Part shown: one piece after another, positions 58,190 to 64,000 of the stretch
Position numbering within the stretch: the first letter of the stretch is position 1
Layout: the number at the start of each line of letters is the position of its first letter
Notes under the pieces: model-generated
Databases searched by the model: none
The model's input: the letters and a program-made list of their open reading frames with translations, nothing else
What the model was told of the DNA's origin: nothing
Source: Caecitellus pseudoparvulus
Lineage: Eukaryota; Protista; Bigyra: Bicosoecida
Direction of reading: 5' to 3'
DNA: 64,000 nucleotides
Assembly: GCA_965644315.1 (NCBI GenBank)
Contig: CBFFRQ010000086.1
Coordinates: forward strand, 1-64,000
Program-made: the position numbers and the translations under genes

Positions 58190-60965
58190 TCACTCGCCGC
58201 CAGACTCCGCTGCAGCTGCACCTGCCTCGCCGCCGGCGCCAGCCCCCGCGGCGGCACCAGGCACGCCCTCCTCCTCCCCCAGTCCCCCTTCAAAGCCCCT
58301 GCGCTGCCCCAACGCCTCCACCTCCGCTGCAAGTGCGCCTGCCTCCACTTCCGACGGGCCCGCCGCCAATGCCGTCGCCACCTCCCGGCTCAGGGCATCG
58401 CTGGCAGCTGCCATATCACGCAGGGCCAGGCGCCGGTGCTTCAGGGCCGCCAGAGCCGCCCGCAGCTCATCCACGGCGTCCCGAGGGCGGGGACCCCCCT
58501 CCTCGTGCCCTTCCTGCCTGGCCCCCCCAACAGTGGGAGGTGGGGCCACACCCGCTGCCACCGCGTCAAACCCCTCGTGGCGCCGGGCCAAGGCGGCTGC
58601 CAGGGCGGCCACAGTCTCGGGATCAGAGGGAGGGGAAGGGGGGGTGTCCTCCTCCTCCTCCTCCTCGGCGCCACCCCCCTCCCCCAGGTGGGAGGGGGGT
58701 ACAAGGGGGGACACCGAGCGCGGGGGGCGGGGCGCCGCCACACGCGGCACGCGCTCAGCGCGCAGCCCACCCCCCTGGCCGCTGCCCGCGGCCCCCTCAC
58801 GCACGATGGCCTCTGCTCCAGCTTGAAACGCAGCAGCCTGCTCTGGCGTCAGCTCCTGAGCCAGCTGGGCCAGGAGAGCCTCCACCTCTGCCGGCTGTGC
58901 CATGCCTGTGGCGGGGGCGAGGTCGCTGCCGCCCAGCACGTCTGCGCCACGCATGGCTTCGATGAGGATGTCTGCCCGCGTAATACGCCGCAGCTCTGAC
59001 GCCGCACTGAGAGCGGTGCGCCCCCCCACAGAGGCGGCACAGTCCCGCGCACCCCCCTCGCCGTCCCCCTCACCCGGCACCAAGTCCGCCCCACGCAGGG
59101 TATCCAGTGCCGCGTCAATGGCAGAGAGAGCAGCTCGCGCCTGCCGACTGCGCCGCTGCTTGGCGATGACGGGGTCGGCACCTCGGGGGAGACCCCCCCC
59201 CCCTCCCGAGGGGGACGGGGGGCGTCCCAGGGACACGGCATCCCCCCCCACCCCACCCTCCTCGACTATGCTGGGCAGAGCAGGGAGGGGCGGCGCCACC
59301 GACCCGCTCTCCTCACTGGCCAGGGCCGTGATGAAGAAGGGCAGCAGCTTCAGCGGCCGCACAGTGCCGGCGGCACCAGTGACAGTGGACGCCGCTGCCA
59401 GCGTGCCGCCCGTAGCACTGCCTGCCCCCCCCACCGTGCTGCCACTGCCGCCTGGCTTCTGCACAGCCTCGGCGATGCGGCGGTCGACATCCGCAAGCGC
59501 CGCCGCCGCCCCTGCCGCCTCCTGTGCCTCCGCCTCCTCGCCCCCAGCCAGCCAGGCGCCCAGCCTCGCCTCCTCCTCAGCTGTCAGGCGGGCGCCGCCA
59601 CGCCCCGCCAGCTGCTTGTTCCGTGCCACAATGCTGCCCCCCCCCGCTCTGGAGCCAGAGAGGGTGGAGGTGGCGGCGGAGGGCGGGCGCCCGTCCACCC
59701 CAGCGCCGGTCAGCCCCGCCACCACGGCAGAGGGGGGGCGCCCGGGGTCTGGCAGGGGGGGTGGCGCCATCTCCGCGGCGGGGGCTGGTGCTGGCACAGC
59801 AGCGTCTGCAGCGCCCAAGGCGGCCTCTGCCTGCGCCAAGGCTGGTGTGGCACCCGCAGCGGTGAAGGCAAAGCCGCCCCTGCGCAGGGTGGGGTTTTTG
59901 TGCACCGGCGAGGCGGAGGTGGGGCTGCTGGAGGCTGCCCTGCCTGGAGGCAGGAGTGGGGAGGTGGGGCGGGGGGGGGATGCCGCCCCCCCCTCGGACG
60001 CCGGCCCCCGCCTCCTGCCTACACCGCCTCCGCCCAGCAAGCCTAGCGGCAGCCCCGGGCGCCCCGGCCTCCCCCCTCCCGCGGAGCTGCTCACGCGACC
60101 CGGGTCAGGCGTCGCAGTGACTCGTCGTGGCTGGCGCCGCCCCGCAGACCTCCGGCCCAGGCCTGCCCTGCGCAGACCCGCCTCGCGTGACTGCTGCAGC
60201 ACTTGGCGCCGCGCCTCCTCAGCCGCCTCCAGCTGGTCCTGCAGTTTGCATCTGTCTGCGGCAATGGCAGCGGCCTGTGCCTCCAGTGCGCGCAGCTGGG
60301 CATCCAGTGACGTGACGCTGGACAGGTCAGGGGGTGGACGGGCCGGCGTGTCTCCTGCACGCCGCCCGTGGGTGGCCCTGGGCGCCTCTTGCCCACTCTC
60401 TACAATCGTAGTGGTAAGGGGGCGTGAGGCATCCCCGTCTGCGCTGAGCGGGCGCATGTCCAAGGCTTCTGCGGCGCCGCGAGCGGCTGGGGACGGCGCA
60501 CTGGCCTCAGCGCCAGTGGGAGAGCCGGCGCTGCGTTGCCACTCTGCCAGCCTCTCGCGCAGGCGCTGCTTGCCTGAAGGTGCGCCCTGCGCCCCCTCCG
60601 TGACCGGCTGCTGCCCACGCTGCAGCTCTGTGAAGCCTGGGCTGGCATGCCCTGCCGTTGCCATGCTTGAGCCCAGCAAGACGCTGGCAGAGCCTGCCCT
60701 TGCCAGCAACGACCCCGAGCTGGAGGTGGGCCGAGAGGCGACTTTTTGTTCGGCTTCTCCTCGCCGCCGGCGAGCGTGGGGGCCAGACACTGGGCGCTGC
60801 TGGGGGCGCTGCTGTGGAGGAGGGTGGCGCGTGCAGCATGAAACGCCGGCAAAAAACGCGGCACACCACAGCACATACCCCTGCCCCCTGTAGCCCTTCG
60901 CGGCCACGAGCTGATCGAAATGCATCTAGTGCATCCATGTCCCTCGCAAAGCCTCTATCAGCCAT
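58190..60965 (-). CDS. FSIP1-like coiled-coil/low-complexity protein; 2 exons
   Basis: IVARNKQLA...LTAEEEARLGAWL, LADVDRRI and DPVIAKQRRSRQARAALSAIDAAL resemble FSIP1 family motifs. A 67-nt intron at 60812-60878 joins the exon from ATG 60965 in frame. Confidence 0.6.
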
Positions 60966-61329
60966 GCTCTACGGGCTTGTGGACCCCCGCCAACCTGACC
61001 ACTGGCGCTGGCTCGACCTCGCCGCAAGCCCGAGCACCTGCTGCACCTTCCACACTCCAAGCACTTCCACTGGAACGCGGAAACGGGAGACCACGTCGTT
61101 CCAAGGACAGGGGGGTCACCATTGCAGTGCGCTTAGTCGATGAGGCTGTCGCGATGCATTTGCGACGGCCACTGCTTGTGCACTGACCTGTATGGCCAGA
61201 CACCCCATGCCAGGGCGCCCTGGAGCTGGCCAGGAGACATCGGGGGCTGTCTCGCGCACAACTCCAGTGCATCCGATTCCAGTGCCCATGCTGAGACCCT
61301 TCACATGCGCCGGGCCTCCGTCCGCGATT

Positions 61330-61952
61330 TCAGCGCTCGGCAGTGGCCTCCGCACCATCCGATGTGACCGCTTGAGCCGCTTGCGCCTCCAGCTCCTCTT
61401 GCTCACGACTGCGGATGCAGGGGATGGGAGAGGGCGTGTGGGTCGTGCATGCGTGGCGGACGGCGCAGCACGCACTCCCAGTCCCACTTGCGCTTGAGCA
61501 GGTACAGCTGCCCAGCTTCGTTGCTGGCGTGGCAGGCAAGGAGCAGGTAGTTGCGGGGCTGCACCATCCACGCAAATCGCATGAACAGCAGGCTGTACAC
61601 GGCCAGGGCTGAGCGTTGGGCAGGGAGGAGGAGGAGGGGAGTGTGCCAGTCGTACCAGGAGACTGCGGCGGCTGCCTGAGCACGCACTCGCTGTCATCTT
61701 CGTGGATACTGTGTCAGGGGGCTTGTTCATGTCCATCAAAGCCTGTCAGGTGGAGGGGCACAGTAGGGCGTGTTGCCCTACAGCGTCACGTGCCATCCGT
61801 TGCGCGGCTCAAGGTGCAGCTGCAGTGCACCTGCTCAGGGGGCCACGCACCGCCACGACAAAGCCCCAGTTGGCGACAGGGCCCCAGAAATGGGTTGTCT
61901 TCGGCCCTGCTTCGGAATTCACCCAGCCCATGAAGCGCCCCCATGCTGCCAT
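61330..61952 (-). CDS. MPC1: Mitochondrial pyruvate carrier (MPC1-like); 4 exons
   Basis: [19 protein letters not shown]|[18 protein letters not shown]|[31 protein letters not shown]. Introns at 61743-61850, 61609-61687 and 61409-61475. Confidence 0.95.
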
Positions 61953-62224
61953 CGCTGCTCAGGCACGCAGAAACACGCCCCCACTGGCCAGGTGGTGTGG
62001 TGTTGCTTCGTCACGCTCGAGCGTGTAGCTCTGTGTATGGGCCGCAGCAACGCAATGCACTGGACACTGGTCACCCAGTTCGGTAAGTAACTTGGCAACA
62101 GGAAAGTACGCATACTGTATTGTCTCCTTCCGGGCATGCTTGGTACGCCACCGCAAAAGGCTCTGTCCAGCCAGCTCCACGCCACGCCGCCGCTCGTTCC
62201 CCCCCCCCGGCGCAACCACGCACT

Positions 62225-64000
62225 CTACAACGGCACTGGCCCATGCATCCCTCTGCACGCCTGTGCGCCCTGGGCCTGCGCCACCCACTGCGCCCTCAGC
62301 CCCGCCTCCACCTGGAAGGAGTACCGGAAGGGCTCCGCAGGGTTCGCTTGCGTGAGAACCAGCACCAGCTGGCGAGACAGCGGCGGCAAGATGTCCGTGA
62401 CGCTGTGTCCCTCCCTGGAAGCCAGGACATTCGCGCACCGCCCCCCCCAGGACACGCGCACCACCAGCGCCTGTGCCTCGCTCCCATTCTCCACAGCCAG
62501 CACCATGCCCGCATCTCCCTCGAGCGTGTACTGCAGGGCAGGCTTGCCTTGCAGCAGCACCTGGCGCCTGCCCAGGGCCACACACCGAGCCGCGAGCACA
62601 GCCCCAAACTCAGCCTCAGACAGGGTGCATGGCCGCACCTGCAGCCCGGCAGGTCCGAACACGGTCACAGCCATCTCTAACGCACGCCAAGCCTCAGCAC
62701 TAACGGCCCACTCGTGGCAGGGCGCCGCCCCACTCTCCTCACTGCTGAGCAAGGCGCAGCTCACTGGGACTGCGAGCACAGGGCCCTGGCCTGCCTCCAG
62801 CGCCGCGGTACACAGGCTCCACTCGTCAAATGCCCGAGGTGTCTGGGCCAACACCGTGCCCCCTGCATCCAGCAGGGCCCACCCCAGGTCTGGCCAGGCC
62901 GCCGCTCTCGCCATGCGCTGCCCAATGGCGCGGGTCGTGGCGGCTGGTGCAGTGAAGACGGACACGTCCCCACCCAGTGGCGCCACCGGAGTTTGGTTGA
63001 GACGCCCAGGCGCGCGGCAGGCCTCCACTGTGACGGTGGCGCCACTGGGCGGGGGTGTCAGCCGCAAGGCGGGGAAGCGAAGAGGCGGCGAGGGGGACTT
63101 CTCGGCCACTGCTTTGGGGCAGTGTGGCAAGGCCAGAGCCGCACGCCACACCGGCCTCGCACACAGCACTGCTGCATCCACCACTCGGAAAGCTGCCGCG
63201 AAGGTCTCCAGGGGCAGCGTGAACCCGGCAGATGAAAACAACGGCGTTGCAGACTCGCCGCCAGGGCTGCCTTCCCCCTGCTCCTTACATGCAGGGTCAA
63301 AGAGCCACACCTGCGGCGTTCCATGAGGCCCGTCCACCCTCGTGCCAAGCACAGCGTAAGCGTGGTCTGGCTTTAGGGGCGGGCCGCCCTCTCCCGCCAC
63401 GGCAGAGGGCGCATGTTGCAGCCCGGAACATGACGCCACCATGGCATGTCCTGCGCTGTCCCAGCGCCGCAGAGTTCGCCACAGCGTCGCTTGGAGCGGC
63501 GTGGAGGGCAGCCCTGGCGCCCGCGCCCCGGGGCGTACAGAGGCGCACCGCTGGCGCCGCCACAGCTGCTGCCCTCGCGTCTCGCCCGTGGCGCAGTCCA
63601 AGCTCAGCACAGGCGCCGCAGTGAGCATGCGCAGTCCATCTCGCCCGCCGCCACCCGCCAGGCCAGCCCACTCCCCCACGCACATAGATGCCGCTCCAGC
63701 CTCCACCTGGGCCGGCCACGCCGCAGCCTTGCTCGACAGCACGCCCCGTGGTAGGGCATCTTTGGCCCAATCTGGCGCAGACGGCAAGTCGTGCCACTGC
63801 GTCCCGTTCCACAGAGTCAGGGTGGGGTGCAGGCGGCGCTGCAGGGTGTGCGGGGCGGTGTGGGCCACTGCTGCGGCAGCTGCGAGCAACCAACAAGAGT
63901 CCAGGCCTCCCTGCTGCACCTGCTGTGGGCGGGGGAGAGATGGAAGCCCTGCATGGTGTGCCATCGGCATCTGCTTCGCAACACCCGGCGTGCAGCCTGC
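62225..64000 (-). CDS. Calpain-15/SOL-like cysteine protease; 5' end probably outside the window
   Basis: QQGGLDSCWLLAA (catalytic Cys), W...VE.G.A, DHAYAVL (His) and VWLFDP (Asn position). SOL-homology-like tail SREGHSVTDILPPLSRQLVLVLTQ. The frame stays open to the window edge. Confidence 0.8.
   Translation of the reverse strand, partial: AGCTPGVAKQMPMAHHAGLPSLPRPQQVQQGGLDSCWLLAAAAAVAHTAPHTLQRRLHPTLTLWNGTQWHDLPSAPDWAKDALPRGVLSSKAAAWPAQVEAGAASMCVGEWAGLAGGGGRDGLRMLTAAPVLSLDCATGETRGQQLWRRQRCASVRPGARAPGLPSTPLQATLWRTLRRWDSAGHAMVASCSGLQHAPSAVAGEGGPPLKPDHAYAVLGTRVDGPHGTPQVWLFDPACKEQGEGSPGGESATPLFSSAGFTLPLETFAAAFRVVDAAVLCARPVWRAALALPHCPKAVAEKSPSPPLRFPALRLTPPPSGATVTVEACRAPGRLNQTPVAPLGGDVSVFTAPAATTRAIGQRMARAAAWPDLGWALLDAGGTVLAQTPRAFDEWSLCTAALEAGQGPVLAVPVSCALLSSEESGAAPCHEWAVSAEAWRALEMAVTVFGPAGLQVRPCTLSEAEFGAVLAARCVALGRRQVLLQGKPALQYTLEGDAGMVLAVENGSEAQALVVRVSWGGRCANVLASREGHSVTDILPPLSRQLVLVLTQANPAEPFRYSFQVEAGLRAQWVAQAQGAQACRGMHGPVPL

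Noticed and set aside
27332-60965. Functional cluster of ciliary genes (CCDC66-like, SPEF2-like, FSIP1-like)
   Set aside because: They are interspersed with unrelated housekeeping genes, and 3 of about 20 genes is unremarkable for a flagellate.
1-64000. Hundreds of overlapping or antisense ORFs in the track (e.g. 58902-60893 +, 45323-46942 -, 27276-28871 -)
   Set aside because: These are shadow ORFs expected in high-GC coding DNA; they overlap better-supported genes and have no motifs.
1-64000. tRNA, rRNA or other ncRNA genes
   Set aside because: None recognised by eye; a covariance-model search would be needed to exclude small RNAs.

Overview
Gene-dense, GC-rich eukaryotic DNA with short GT-AG introns (about 65-120 nt, mostly near gene 5' ends) and tiny intergenic spacers. 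It probably comes from a flagellated protist, possibly a stramenopile (inference). Many ORF-track starts are wrong because of introns, so I rebuilt gene models by hand. From 20.6 kb to 64 kb the genes are mostly housekeeping or ciliary: SEC13, an RGLG-type copine, two DHHC-family acyltransferases, S1P lyase, a CCDC66/IQ-repeat protein, SAP30BP-like, YIF1, cytochrome b5 reductase, a 2xRRM protein, SPEF2-like, LIN9, FSIP1-like, MPC1 and calpain-15-like. The first 20 kb looks accessory and holds three things: (1) a roughly 5,100-aa secreted mosaic protein (C-type lectin, Gly-rich, Cys-rich and FN3-like modules); (2) a 5'-truncated diverged paralog of it that the ORF track misses (1-878); (3) between them, an intronless, lower-GC gene encoding a STAND/CR-type P-loop NTPase, a winged helix and an Mrr-like PD-(D/E)XK nuclease. 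The third is the best candidate for a novel immune-effector or selfish system. All family calls come from motif recognition, not database searches.
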